Below are positions 25,001-40,000 of a stretch of 64,000 bases of DNA, piece after piece. Within the stretch, counting starts at the first letter, position 1. The number at the start of each line of letters is the position of its first letter. A program made the position numbers and the translations under genes. This DNA comes from Mobula hypostoma. Lineage: Eukaryota. The stretch covers positions 103,542,001 through 103,606,000 of the forward strand of contig NC_086107.1 of assembly GCF_963921235.1 (NCBI RefSeq), written 5' to 3'. Under the pieces are notes generated by a model that was not told the origin of the DNA, did no database searches, and saw only the letters and a program-made list of their open reading frames with translations.

Positions 25001-28000
25001 AAGACATACAGGTTAGGGGTTTGTAAGCTGAGGGGCAGGCTGCCCTCAGCACATCCACAGACTGTGTTGATTTGTTGAAGTAACATCACATTTCACTGTA
25101 ATTTTTGATGTACAAGTGACAAATAAAGCTGATCTTTAAATATTTATTATACTATCTGTTCCTAAACTTCAGAAGCAGTTGGACTATTGGCTGGTGTGCA
25201 CATATCCACCTTAGTTACCCTCCCTGAAGGACCTCACTTTTTTTTTAAATGGCAGCCTGGCAGCTTCACGGTTACTGCTACTGATTTTTCATCTTATATC
25301 CAAATTTACTTAAACATCCTAGTTGCCTTAGTGAGATTCAAACTTGTCCCAGAGTCAATAGCCCAGGTTCTTGTCTGCTAGTTCAGCCTATTGCATGACT
25401 GTAAAAGCAATCTGTTAATCTTTAATTGATCCCTCCGAGAGGCACAGCATTTAGTTTGATCTGATCCGTCTCCATTAGCCCCCATCTAGTTACCTCTCAT
25501 TTACTTCGGGCGTATTACTTGGCTCACACAAGGACTTTTATCCTGGCCTTGAGCTTTTTGGGTCAAGGTAAAGTGTTCTTGAAGACTTGGAAATGGGCTG
25601 CCTCCCTTTGTCTTTCCCTCAGGTTTGCCTTTGGGATGAGGTTACTCTAATCTTTAATGGATTAAGATAATATGATTCTAACTTTTCATTTTCTTCAAAA
25701 TGCCATGATATTTCATCTACAGTAAAACTCCATTGCTTGTTTACTTTACTGCCTGTTACATCTGGTATTTAGGGCAGCAGTGAAGGTACCCCATCTCTCA
25801 TGGTGTTCGTTATGTCAGTTCGTTATCTCAGATTTCACTACTGTTAGTGATGCAAATCCTGGGTGGAGACTCAAGAATACCGTTGCACTCAGATGTAGAA
25901 CAACTCCTCATTACTGTTTCCATAACAATTTTGTTTTACTAGTCAGGGTTGTTAGCCCTGAGCTGAACCCCCAAACCTGGAAGACTGGCGGATCACCCTT
26001 AGTCTGCCTTCTGTTTGGCATGGGTGACCCTACCAAGAGCCAAAGCAGTTAACATAGCTCTCCAGATCACTGAGGCACGCAGGCCTCCAAACCATGACAA
26101 GGTTGTGGTCGCCCTGGAGGAAAATCTCCATAGTGCCCATCAGATTATTCAGAAATCCCAGTGCTTTGGCATCTGGCTTGCCTCATGATTTCCACATCCA
26201 TTCCCTCCCTCCCCCCACCCCAATGTAGTCCGGGAAACCTGCCAGTCCAGTGCTATCAATCAATGCTTTCAGTGTGCTGGACTAATGGAGTTTTGCTGCA
26301 GTTGGTCCACCTCTGAGGTAAAGTGCTGATCGTGAGGTGAATAAGTGTCTATTTACTGATGTCGTGCAGAGACTTCAGCAGAGCCCTCCCTACAAGCAAC
26401 ACAGATGAAGCTGAAGCGGGCGAGGCTGGCCGATGACCTGAATGAGAAGATTGCACAGCGCCCTGGTCCCATGGAGCTTGTGGAAAAGAATATCCTGCCC
26501 GTGGATTCCAGTGTCAAAGAGGCCATCATAGGTAAGCAAGGACCAGTGCTGCGCAGGAATCTAACCTTCCTGCTAACATCAACCTCTGGCACTCTTGTGG
26601 TTTTCTTCTATCCTAACCTGGTAAGATTATGACAGCGTAGAGAGTTGTTAAGTTGTCTTCCCACTCCAACAACTGTTTAGAGTGCAGGAATGAGCAATTT
26701 GCTGCCGGAACTCAGTAGGCCAAGCAGCATCTTTGTGGCTGAGGTTGTTGGGGGGTGGGGGAACAGAATTGAGGACACACATCTGAAACCTCAGTCGAAA
26801 GCCTGCATCATTTGGTGTACAGTAGTTTATGTTTCCATGAGCCCTTTAGTGAAACGCTTCTTCCTGACACTACCCCTGAGTGCCCAGATTATGGAAAACA
26901 GAATCCTGTTGGTGTGGATCTTGTATCAGACGTTGTTGTTAAAATTGACACAAATAACCATGTCCTAAAGCTGCAGATTTATAATCCATAGCTTTATGAA
27001 TGATTGTAAACAGCATGAACTTAAGAAGTTTGTGATCTGTGCTTCTGATTTTGCCATTTCCTACGATGATGTGTGATCTGCACTAAGCTGATATTTTCAT
27101 TACACTCTGCACATCAGAAGTGTGTGGTACCCAAGGTTAGCACTTTCTGACCTATAACCCTAACACTGCAAGAGCTGAGCTCAATCTTGCTTCACCCATT
27201 GAAGCATTTTAGCACCACTGACTTTTCCCCCTTCTCCCTCTCTGGCTATCCATCCTATAGGATGATGATCAGTCAGTTAGTGGGGTTGACCCCACTCCTC
27301 AGAAAGGAACAGCGAGTGTGTGAATGGATTTTAGGTGAGTAGGGGGTTGCACAGGTCCAGACCCACCACTAACTTTTAATGAGTAAATGTAAGCATCTTT
27401 CCCTCCACCCCCACTCTATGCTTTCCACGGGGATCACTCCCTACGCGACTCCCTTGTCCATTCATCCCACCCCACTGCTCTCCCTCCTCACACTTATCCT
27501 TGCAAGTGGAACAAATGCTAAGCCTGCCCCTACACCCCCTCCCCAAAACAGTCCCTCCAGGTGAGGTAAGACTTCACCTGTGAGTCTGTTGGGGTCATCT
27601 ATTATATCTGGTGCTCCCGGTGTGGCCTCTCACTGAGGCCCAACATAGATTGGGAGACCGCTTTGCCGAGCACCTGCACTCTGTCCGCCAGAAAAAGCGG
27701 GATCTCCCGGTGGCCACCCATTTTAATTCCACCCCATCCCCATTCTGACATGTCAGTCCATGGCCTCCTCTACTGTCACGATGAGGCCACACTCGGGTTG
27801 GAAGACCAACAGCTTATATTCCGTCTGGGTAGCCTACAATCTGATGGCTTGAACATCTATTTCTCAAACTTCCAGTAATGCCTGTCCCCCCTCACCGTTC
27901 CCCCATTCCCTTTTCTCTCTCTCACCTTATCTCCTCACCTGCCCATCACCTCCCTGTGGTGCTGTTCTCCAGCCCAGTATCTCTTTCATCAATCAACTTC

Positions 28001-31000
28001 CTAGCTCTTTACTTCACCCCTTTCCCCTCTCCCAGTTTCACCCATCACCTTGTGGGTCTTCCTCCCCTACCCCCGCTTTCTCACTCTGACTCCTCATTTT
28101 TTTCTCAGTCCTGATGAAGGGTCTCGACCCAAAACATCGACTATACTCTTTTCCATAGATGTTGCCTGATCTGCTGAGTTCCTCCAGCATTTTGTGTGTG
28201 TTGGTGGATTTCCAGTATCTGCAGATTCTCTCATGTTTGTTTTCAAAACCAACAGCTCTGGTGTCTCCAGTTTGATTTTAGGCAAATTACTGGGATATAA
28301 AAAAGATCCCTGTGCAGGATTCCCTAAAGGTTATTTTGCAGTTTGAGTCTGTGATGAGGAAGGCAAATTCAATATTAGCATTCATTTCAAGAGGATTAGA
28401 ATATACAGTGCCTATAAAAAGTATTCACACCCCCTTTGAAATTTTCATGTTTTATTGTTTTACAACATTGAATAACAGTGGATTTAATTTGGCTTTTTGG
28501 ACACTGATCACAGAAAAAATACTTCTCTTGTGTCAAAGCGAAAACAGGTCTCCACAAAGTGATCTAAATTGATTACAAGCATAAAACTCAAAATAATTGA
28601 TTGCCTAAATCGTCACCTCTTTTAATATGACACACCAAATCATCACTGGTGCAGCCAATTGGTTTTAGAGTCATGTAATTAGTTAAATGGAGATCACCTG
28701 TGTTCAGTCAAAGTGCTTCTGTTGATTGTAGTAAAAATACATCTGGATCTGGAAGGTCCAACTGCTGGTGAGTCAGTATCCAGGCAAAAACTACACCATG
28801 AAGACAAAAGTACATGCTAAGCAACTCCACGAAAAGGTTCTTGTAAAGCACAAGTCAGGAGATGGATACAAGAACATTTCCAAGTCACTGAATATCTCTT
28901 GGAGTACAGTTAAGTTAATCATCAAGAAATGGAAAGAATATGGGAGGGCTGTAAATCTGCCAAGAGCAGGCCGTCCTCAAAGGCTGAGTGACTGTGCAAG
29001 AAGGGGACCAATGAGGGAGGCCACCAAGAGACCTGTGACAACTCTGGGGGAGTTACAAGCTTCAGTGGCTGAGATGGGAGAGACTGCACGTACAACAGCT
29101 GTTGTCTGGGGGCTACACCAATGGCAGCTTTAAGAGAGAGTGGCAAAGAGAAAGCTACTGTTGAAAAAAACTCTCATGAAATCTCAGCTAGAGTCTGCCA
29201 GAAGGCATGTGGGAGACTCTGAAGTCAGCTGGAAGAAGGTTCAATGTTCTGATGAAACCAAAATTGAGCTTTTTGGCCATCAGACTAAACACTTTGGTGT
29301 AAGCTAAACACCACACATCATCAGAAACCACACCATCCCTACGGTGGTGGCTTCATCATGCTGTGGGGATGCTTCACTGCAACAGGCCCTGAAAGGCTTG
29401 TGAGGGTAGAGGGTAAAATGAATGCAGCAAGATACAGGGAAATCCTGGAGGAAAACCTGATGCAGTCTGCAAGAGAATTGCGACTTGGGAGAAAATTTGT
29501 TTTTCAGCAAGACAATGACCCCAAGCATAAAGCCAAAGCTACACTGGAATAGCTTAAAAACAACAAAGTTAATGTCCCAGAGTGGCCAAGTCAGAGTCCA
29601 GACCTCAATCCCATTGAGAACTTGTGGCTGTTCACTCATGATCCCATGCAATCTGACAGAGTCTGAGCAGTTTAGTAAAGAAGAATGGGGAAACATTACA
29701 CTGTCCAAGGCTGACGGAGACTTATCCACACAGGCTCAAGGCTGTAATTGCTGCCAAAGGCACATCTACTTAATTCTGACTTGAAGGGGGTGAATAATCA
29801 GTTATTTTGTGTTTAATAATGGTAATAAATTTAGACCAATTTGCAGAAATTTGTTTTCACTTTGACATGATAGAGTATTTTTTGTTGATCAGTGTCAAAA
29901 AAGCCAAATTTAAAACACTATGATTTAATGTTGCAGAACAATAAAACATGAAAATTTCCAAGGGGAGTGAATACCTTTTATAGACACTGTAAAAGCAAGG
30001 ATATAATGTTGAGCGTTTATAAAGCACTCATTTGGAGTATTGTGAGCAGTTTTGGGCCCCTTTATCTTTGAAAGGATATTCTGAAACAGGAGAGGGTTCA
30101 AAGGAGGATCACGAAAATGATTCCAGGATTGAACGACTTGTGGTACAGAAGGTGTTTGATGACTCAGAGTGTATTCACGAGAATTCAGAAGAACCTAATT
30201 GAAACCTATCGAATGGTTATGGAGAAGATGTTTCCTATGCTGGAAGAGTCTAAGATCAGAAGACACAGCCTCAGAATAGAGGGATATCCTTTTAGAATGG
30301 AGTTGAGGAGGAATTTCTTTTGCCAGAGAGTGGCAAATCTGTGGAATTCGTTGCCACAGGCAGCTGTGGAGGCCAAGTTTTTATGTATATTTAAGGCAGA
30401 GGTTGATAGATCCTTGATTGGCTGGGCATGACCATCAAGTTCACAGACAACACCATGATGGTTGGTCTGATCAGAGGGGATGACGAGACAGCCTACAGAG
30501 ATGAGGTCCAGCACCTGGCCGCGTGGTGTGCCGACAACAATCTGGCCCTTAACACCCAAAAGACCAAGGAGATCATTATGGACTTAAGGCATGCCAGGAG
30601 TCACACTCACGTCCCCATCTACATCAACGGAACTGTAGTGGAGCGTGTATCAAGCTTCAAATTCCTTGGTGTCCACATTTCCGAGGATCTCACCTGGTCC
30701 CTGAACTCCTCCATCCTGATCAAAGAGGCGCAACAGCACCTTTATTTCCTGCGGAGCACGAAGAAAGTTCACCTCTGTCCCAGGATACTGACGGACTTTT
30801 ACCGCTGTACCATTGAGAGCATACTCACCAACTGCATCTCAGTGTGGTATGGCAATTGTCCCGTATCGGACCGCAAAGCACTCCAGCGGGTGGTGAAAAC
30901 TGCCCAGTGGATTATCAGCACCCAATTGCCCACCATTGAGAACATCTACCATAAACGCCGCCTGGGCAGCGCAAAAAGCACTATCAAGGATGCAACTCAC

Positions 31001-34000
31001 CCTAACCATGGACTTTTTACTCTCCTCCCATCTGGTAGGTGCTACAGGAGCCTCTGCTCCCGCACCAGCAGGCACAGGAAGAGCTTCTTCCCTGAGGCTG
31101 TGGCACTGCTGAACCTCACATCACAGCGCTAAGCAGTATTGCATCCGTATTGTACTGTCTCAGTACTTTTATATTTGTGTGCTGTAGCACTCTTTTTATT
31201 TGCAGTTATTTTGTAAATAACACTATTCTTTGCATTTCTGGTCAGATGCTAAATGCATTTCATTGGCTTTGTATCTGTACTCGGCACAATGACAATAAAG
31301 TTGAATCTAATCTAATCTAAATGAAGGGATACGGGGAGAGGGCAGGAGATTGGGGCTGAGAGGAAAAATGGATCAGCCATGGTGAAATGGTGAAGCAGAC
31401 TCGATGGGCCAAATGACCTAATTCTGTTCCTGTATCTTCTGGTCTTATGTAATAAACTCCCTCTTCTATTATTTTTTTTATTCCCACCTCAAAAGCATTC
31501 AATTAAAGTAATAAATTGTGTGCATTGTGTATTGATTTTAAAATACAGTTTGTATCACACGTGTCATGTGGTGATCTCATTGCAGAGTTATAGCTGGATA
31601 GTTGTGGAATGAGGAACTTCAATTATGTAGAGAAATTGGAGAAACAAATCTGCTGTGAGCTGAGAAGGCAAAGGGGTGATATTCATATCTGAAGGATTTG
31701 ATAGAGTGGAGGGAAGGAGAAATGGCTCCTGCCAGTATGGAGTTAAGGTAATAGTCAAAAAAGATTGGAAGGAAAATCAGATTTAAAAAAAAATGTGGTC
31801 ACTTTTGATTGGAAATGCATTCCCAGAAAAGAGGATAGATTTTAATCATACTTTTCCTTGTATTTATGTGAAAAGTGAAATGCTCCCCATGGGGAAAGGT
31901 TACGGTAGTCAATTGAAGTATGATAGTTCATTTAAAATCTTGGCGCAGGCACAGTGGTTTGCAAAACCACCTCCTGCATGGCATGATCTCATGCCCTTGA
32001 TGTCGTAATGTCTCGCTAATTTTAGAGTATAGATTTTTTCCTGCCCTGGCTACAGGAATTGGTGTCCTTTGGAAATACATGAATAAATTAAGCTATGTGC
32101 TATAGATTTTTTAAAGTTACTGGGTTATTTTAATATCAAGTGTAAAAGGCTGTTTTGTTTTAAAGCATGAGAGAATTTAGGCCCTTTTGTAAGACTATTC
32201 AGCCCATCATACCTATTCTTACTATTCCTTACACTTAAATTGCCTGGGCTGTCCATTTATATATGTGAATTACAAGCATATGTCTTGGTGTTTGGTAAGT
32301 TGGTATTTTAGCTGCTTGGCATTCCTTGCTATTGTTGTCCTTAATAATAGTATGAAAGTTTTACAAATCTTAGCCAGAATTTTCTGGCTAAATTTCATGT
32401 GCTATCTGGCTACATATCATGTGTTTTATTTAATGCAGAGCATTTAATGATGTTGCTCCTTGTTGACAAAGGAATAAGAAATAATAAGTATATCTCTTCA
32501 ATCATTGCTGTGTCATTTAGATTTTGCAGGAGATATTTTGATTCAGCGCACAAAGGATTCTTTAGTTGTTCTGTCAGACTGCTCTGACCATGTGGTGTGA
32601 TCATAACCGATTGTGATCAGATGATAAAATCATATGAATCTTAAATCAGGAAAGCTTCAAGTATTCAAGTATAATGCTCAAGTACAATACTGTGCAAAAA
32701 TCTTAGACACACACACACACACACACAGATAGAGATAGATATAGATAATGATAGATATGGACAGATAGATAAAGAGAATGAGAGAGAGAGAAAGAGAGAG
32801 ATAGCCAGGGTGCCTAAGATTTTTGCACTATACTGTAGTAATTTTATGTATTGCACTGTACTGCTGCTGCCAGAAAAACAACGAATTTCATGACATATGT
32901 GAGTGATGATAAACCTGATTCTGATTTGGGTCTCCGTTGTGGACTGAGAGTGGGAAGGGGACAGGGAGAGGGGAATCATGGTTGGGAAAAGGATAAAGGA
33001 GAGGGGGGGGAGCAAGAAGCACCGGATAGACATTCTATAATGATCAATAAATCAATTGTTTGGAATCAAATGACCTGGCCTGGTGTCTCAGGGCTGGGTA
33101 GGTTTACAACCTCGCCACCCCCCCACCCCAACACACTTTCTCTGCCACCTGTCCCACACCCCTCCCAAGGCAGTCCATCCTCGCCATTCCCAAATCCCAC
33201 CAGATTTACAAACTCCTCCTCCGATCCACGTTAATAAATACAGTACGGTGTAAAAGTCTTGGGCACCCTAGCTGTATATATCTGCCTAAGACTTTTGCAC
33301 AGTGCTGTGTGTTCTGTAGCTCTCTTTATAAGCATGATCAAAAAAGCTTTTGACATCAGATGTAAAATGTAGGGTGTGGTTGGATTTAAACACTTGCCTT
33401 TATTGACCTTGAACCATAGAGTTCCTGTGGCATCAATATTGACTTTGTGTTGAAATTTCTTTGGAAGTAGTAAGTGGAATTCTCTGCCCGAGAGGGTGAT
33501 GGATGCCAGATCATTAGAAATATTTAAAGTGTGAAAGAGAAATATTTGGAAAATCAGAGAACTGAGGGCTATGGGAAGCTGGCACGGAAGAGATAAATTT
33601 GGCCTACTTTAGCTGTGATTAGGTCAAATGGCTAGGCAGGCTAGTGGGGCCACTCCTGTTAATCTTGTACATAGTGTGTAACTAACAACAATGTTGTGGT
33701 GCCTAAACTAGTGTTCTATCAATCCATGACTGAGGAAACAGTGCAGATGTAGTGCCCTGTGAAACTCATGATCCATGGAGGTGGCTCAAGTCTGACTGGA
33801 AAAAAGAGTTTGTTAGATCCTGATACTTTTGTGACCCAAAGATACTTCGGAAGTCAAGAGTGAAGCATTAAACTTGTTGCTTATGACTGTTTAAACGTTA
33901 CAAGAACGGAAAAAAAAAACGAGAGAGCTGAGAGAACAAAGACAAAGGATAAAGCAGTTGTGTCGTCTCATACTCAGACTAGAGATAACAAAATTTCCAG

Positions 34001-37000
34001 TGATGACTATTAACATAAAAAAGCCAGATTCAAGTGTTCTGACACCTGCTACACAAAACTAAGAAGCATTTAGAAAAATACAGAAGCAACTGTATTGTAA
34101 TTACTTGAAAATTCACTGAAAATATATATGCATGGATGATTACTGGATATAAAAATATAAGCAAGCATAGAAAAGTTATACTACAAGAAAAAAAAACATT
34201 TCTACACCTCGTTTCAGCTAGCTTAATCCAACATTCCTGAAATTGGGGTGCTTCCATTTCTGCAAAGTCCAATATAAGAAGATGCCCCTTTCCCCGACAT
34301 ACATCTCTGAAAGTTCCAAAATTCACAATGCAGAATTCATCTCAGCACTAGCTGGTATTTCCTGCCATTTGAAATATTTTGAGAGGAAGTGGAATAATCG
34401 TTGATCATCTTTCAGTGTAATGTTTAGTGTTTTTTTAAAGTGTTGCAGTTCTGTGTGTTTTTGAAAATTACGGATTTGAAATTCAGAATGGAGTAGTGAT
34501 ATTGATAGACAGGCTGCCCACGCATTTGGAGGGCACTGCAGTGAAGATGTTTATTGATGATGAATGATTGATTATTGATTATGGCTAACTCTTGGTCATG
34601 TAGTTGGTGAATAAGGTAGCAAGAACAAACCTGGAAACTGCGAGTCAGTGACGCTAATATTGATGACGGGTAAATTGCAGGAGGGGATGCTGAGGGATGG
34701 GATCTACCAACATTTGAAGAGAGACAGGTCAGCATGGTTTTATGCATGGGAAGTCGTGTCTGACAAATCTCTTATGAGTTCTTCGAGTGACAACCAAGTT
34801 GGTAGATGAGGATAGAGCAGTGGATGTTGTCCATGTGGACTTCCACAAGGTTCACAATCCCTCAGGGTGGGCTCACCTGGAAGGTTAGATTGCATGTGAC
34901 TCGGTGGGATAGGAGATTGGATTCATAATTGGACCTAGGAGTGCAAGTGCATAGTTTGCTGAAAGCAGCAGGTGACCCACAATTGGAGAACTGGGTGTTC
35001 ATGCCGTAGGGTTGTAGACCACCCAGTTGTAAATATAAGACACCTGGCTGGTCTAAACATGCTCTATGTTTGGTCTCAGCCTGGCAGAGGACAGCTGGAT
35101 AGAGTGGGAAGGGGAATTACTCACTGACATCCTACCTAACTGCGAGTTTTCAGGCAACACAGATTGTGTTCCCAGACCTAATAGATACTGCTGAGAACCT
35201 TTGAATGAGTGTGGGGAATCCTGTTTGGCTAACGCCCAAGTTGTAGAAGTCTGGCCTCTCTATGTCTTTCTCCATTAGGATTCATAAAACCCATGTCTCT
35301 GATATTATGGGGGATTTTGTTAAATTTAGTTCAATTGCTCATACAGAGTACCAGGACTGAGCTATTGTAAAAGATAGTAACGCAAATAGATTTAACTGAA
35401 AGCAAAAGAAAATTCACTTGAACTGGTTTTTATTGGAAAGGTTGCTAACTTTTGCATGAGGGAAACTTAATGAAATATCTGTTGGCTGGGAATGGTCTTG
35501 GATCCAAATCCTTTCTGCATGTAAGTATTAGGAATGCGTTCAGCAGTGCAATTGGATAGTTTGACCTTTTGAGGTTTAGCATTAATGTGACATTAGAAAG
35601 CAAGTCCTTTCTTTAGTGTTCCCTTGATGTTTTACATGAAGCCTTTACATTGTGACTTTTACTTTTAGTGTAGTTAGAGTATGGGTAGGATTTAGCTGGT
35701 CATGATACACTCATTATAAATGTGATGCCGTGATTTCATTATCATGATCAACACTTTTGTATGTTGTGTGTGCACTGATCTGCACACAGTGAATTACCTC
35801 ATTGCTTTAGAAGCCCAGGTTCGATCCTGACCTCAGATGCTGCCCCTAAAGGTTCTGCATGTTCAAAGTAAATTTATTATCAAAACACATACATGTCACC
35901 ATATACAATCCTGAGATTTATTTTGCTGTGGGCATACTTAATAAATTTATAGAGTAATAACCATAACAGACTCAATGAAAGACTACCCAACTCTGGCATT
36001 CAAACAGAGTGCAGAAGACAACAAACAGTGCAAATACAAAAAGAAGAAATAATAATAATAAATAAATAGACCATAAATATCAAGTACACAAGATAAAGAG
36101 TCCTCGAAAGTGAGTCCATTGATTGTGGGAGCATTTCAAGGATGGGGGCGAGTAAAGTTATCCTGTTCGGTTCAAGGGCCTGATGGTTGAGGGGTGATAA
36201 CTGTTCCTGAACCTGGTGATGTGAGCCCTGAGGCTCTTGTACCTTATTCCTGATGGCAGCAGCGAGAAGAGAGCATGTCTTAATTGGTGGGGGACCCTGA
36301 TGATGGATGCTGCTCTCCTGCGACAGCAATTTCTATAGATGTGTTCAGAGGTTGGGAGGGCTTTACCCATGATGGACTGAGCTGTATCCACTACCTTTTG
36401 GAGGATTTTCCATTCAAAGACATTGGTGTTTCCATACCAGGCTGTGATGCACCCAGTCAATATACTCTGCACTGCACATGTAAAGTTCAAAGTAAAATTT
36501 ATTATCAGAGTACATATACATCTCACCACACACAATGCTGAGATTCTTTTTTTGTTGGCACACTTAGCAAATCTGTAGAACAGTAACTGTAAACAGGATC
36601 AATGGACAACAAAATGCAGGTATAAATAAATAGCAATAAATAATGAGCATGAAATAAAAAAATAAAAGAATCCTTAAATGAGTGTAGTTATCTCCTTTTA
36701 TTCAAGAGCCTGATGGTTGAGGGGTAACAAGTGTTTTTGAACCTGGTGGTGTGAGTCCTGAGGCTCTTGTACCTTCTACCTGATGGCAGCAGCGAGAAGA
36801 GAGCATGACTTGGGTGGTGAGGATCTTTGGCGATGGATGCTGCTTTTCTACGGCAACATTTCATGTAGATGTGCTCAATGGTCGGGAGGGTTTTACCCTT
36901 GATGTACTGGGCCAAATCCACTACCTTCTGTAGGATTTTCCACTCAAAGGTGTTGGTGTTCCTATATCAGGCCATTTTTGTAGCCAGTCAGCACACTTTC

Positions 37001-40000
37001 CACCACACGTCTGTAGAAGTTTGCCAAGGTTTTCGATGCCATGCTGAACCTCCACAGACTTCTGTAGAAGTAGAGGTGCTGTTGTGCTTTCTTCACAATT
37101 CTATATATATGATGGGTCTAGGCCAGGTTCTCTGAGATGGTGACAACCAGGAATTTAAAGTTACTGACCCTCTCCACCTCTGATCCAGCAATGAATACTG
37201 GCTCATGGACCTCCTGAAGTCTACAATCTGTTCCTTGGTCTTATTTGCATTGACTGAGAGGTTGTTGTTATGACACCACTCAGCCAAATTTTCAACCTCC
37301 CTCTTGTCTGCTGATTCATCACCATCTTTGATACGGCCCACAACAGCGGTGTCATCAGCAAACTTGTATATGGTGTTGGAGCTGTACTTAGCCACACAAT
37401 CATAGGTGTGGAGCAAGTAGTCAAGGTTTTAGTTGTTCTGACTGTGACCACGCAAGGTTTTGCCATTTTGCTCTGGTCTTCTCCCAAAGGTGTGCTGGTC
37501 GGTTAACTAGACATTCGGAAGTACACTTTAGCATGCATTTAGTGGCAAAAGGTTTCAAAAGGGAGTTGATGGAGATGCAAGAGAATAAGTTACAGGGATA
37601 AAGGGAACAGAGAAAAAAGGAATGGGGATGGTAGGAGTTAATGTGGACCAGATGGATTGTACGGCAGCTCCTTGTATTGTGGTTAGTTAGTGCCTTACAA
37701 GTGGGAACATCAGAGGTGTTTGCAGTGTGCGGGAAAATCTGAGCCCTTTGCCCTGGATAATCTATACTAAGAGGAGTAGAACAGCTTTAGGGCAAAACAT
37801 AGATCATAAGCTAAAATGTTGACCGATCAATGGAAAACATTATTAAAGAGAATGATGTGAAATACCAGTTCCTGAATCATGAAGCTAAGGTGGTGAAGGT
37901 TTGATTATTCTGTGACACATTAGCCCATGAATTCTAAAATCAGGCGGTTCACTTACAAGGCTAAATACTTTTGTTTTTTTTTAAATCTCAGCATGGAGCA
38001 AGAGCTGGTCTCCAGTTGCAGTGAAAGCATCCCTAATGAAATTCAATTAATCTCTCTGCCAAATGGCTAATGTGTGTCCTTACAATTTCTCTTGCAGATA
38101 ATCATGTGCCGTACTCTGCATTGGCAGACAACTCATCGTTTGACGAAGACAGCAGTGATGCCCTTTCACCAGAGCAGCCAGGAAGTCAGGAGTCTCTCGG
38201 GTCGTTGCCTTCCCCGACAGAAGCAAAGTCTGTTGATCAGCATCAGGCCCTCCCCACTTCTCCAACCCAGGTTTGGCACTCTCACTCACAAGCGACCTCC
38301 AGATTTAGTTTCACAGTGAGTTTTATGTTAAAGGAGTTCCTCCATAAAATAAATTGTGCAAACTTTCCAGACAGAAACGGTGACAAAATGTGGATGTGAA
38401 CGATGGAAGCTCCAACTTCTGAGCTGTTTTCATTTTGCTTTCACACCCACCCCCTCCCCAAGCAACCAATGGCACCCAGCAATCATTCTCCCCTGTCTGG
38501 ATTAAAAAACCTCACACCTTAAAGTGACCCTACCTGGATGAGTATTGGTGAACTATTCAGCTGTGTCCATGATCACCTCTGCTGCTGCGATGAGACTACT
38601 CTCGGGTTGGAGGAGCAACACTTCATATTCCTTCTGGATGGCCTCCAACCTGACGGCATGAACATTGATTTCTCCAATGTCTGCTAATTTCTTTCCCCTC
38701 CCCCTTCTCTCCTTTTCCATTCCCCATTCTGGCTCCCCTCTCACCCCTTCTGTTCTCGCCTGCCCAACACTTCCTTACGGTGCCCCTCTTCTTTCCCTCT
38801 TTCCCATGGTTCACTGTATCAGATTCCTTCATCAGCCCTTTACCTGTTCCACCTCTCACCTCCCAGCTTCTCACTTCATCCCAAACTCCCCCACCCACCT
38901 GGCTTTACCTATAACCTTCTTTCCTCTTCCTTTCTACTCCTGATGTAGGATCTTGGCCCGAAGCATTGGCTCTTCATTCCTCTCCATAGATGCTGCCTGA
39001 CTTGCTGAGTTCCTCAGGCATTTTGTGTGTGTTAGCCTGAACCCAGAAAGTGTGATGGCACTTCTGATGACATTTGTTGGAGATCCACAAAAGAGGTCTG
39101 CACTATTGCTAGGACAAAGGCAGGAGGTGTTACGTTGTGGAATACCACAGTAATGAAAATAATCTTGGAGATGTGATGCAGACAAATGTGAGGAATTTTC
39201 TTACTTCCTGAATTTCTGCTGTTTCAATCTGGGGTCGCTGGAAACACAATAGCAATGCCCACATGTGTGATCAGAATTCGTACACCCTTTTCTAGATTGT
39301 AAGTAACCATTAACTCTGGCCATCTTTTAGAAAATGAGAATCTCCAGGTACAGTAAAATGCTTGACCCCTCGCAGTAGGTTTTAATCCAAGCTAGACTGG
39401 CTCATTGGTCACACTGCCCTTATTGAGCCAAGTTACAATTGAGAAACTGTGGAGATCCCTGCCTATTGGATGGGATGTTAAACCAGCGTATGTGTGCCTT
39501 GCTAAACTTAGTTACATCAAAGAGCAAGATGTTCTCAGCTGTCCATTGTCCTACACGTGTTCAACCACCATTATTAAAACTAATTGCCTGGCACCACTGT
39601 TTGTGGGTTTTTCATCTCCTACAGTAAAATTTCAAAACTGCTTCATTAATTTCAAGGTGCTTAGGGCTGAGCTCACTAGCAAGCTTTTACTTCTACCTCT
39701 TTAGTTAGACCTCTTGTCAGATTGACAAGATTGAACATCCACTTTTAATTGTGAAAGTCATAATTGTAAAAGGTTTATGCAACTAGTTCCCCTTTGAAAA
39801 CAGAGCAGGTCCTTAACTCATTAAAATTTTGCAAAGAAGAACCCAGGGTGGCTGCAATGTGAAATGCAAGCATCAATTCAGTGGGCTTGCCCAGAGTTAA
39901 TAGTTAGGAGTAACACTGTAAGTCTGTTTGTAACTTTGCTCTCTCTATAACTGCGAAGTGTTAGTAATGGGTGTGTCATGTTTCTAAGCACCCACTCTGT

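Larger units (their letters stand above)
28305..31450 (+). mobile_element. CR1 LINE 3' fragment hosting the nested Tc1 (28406-29989) and Rex1 (30428-31320)
   Basis: [22 protein letters not shown] rejoins across the Tc1; [17 protein letters not shown]; tail ...ggtcttatg. Confidence 0.85.
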
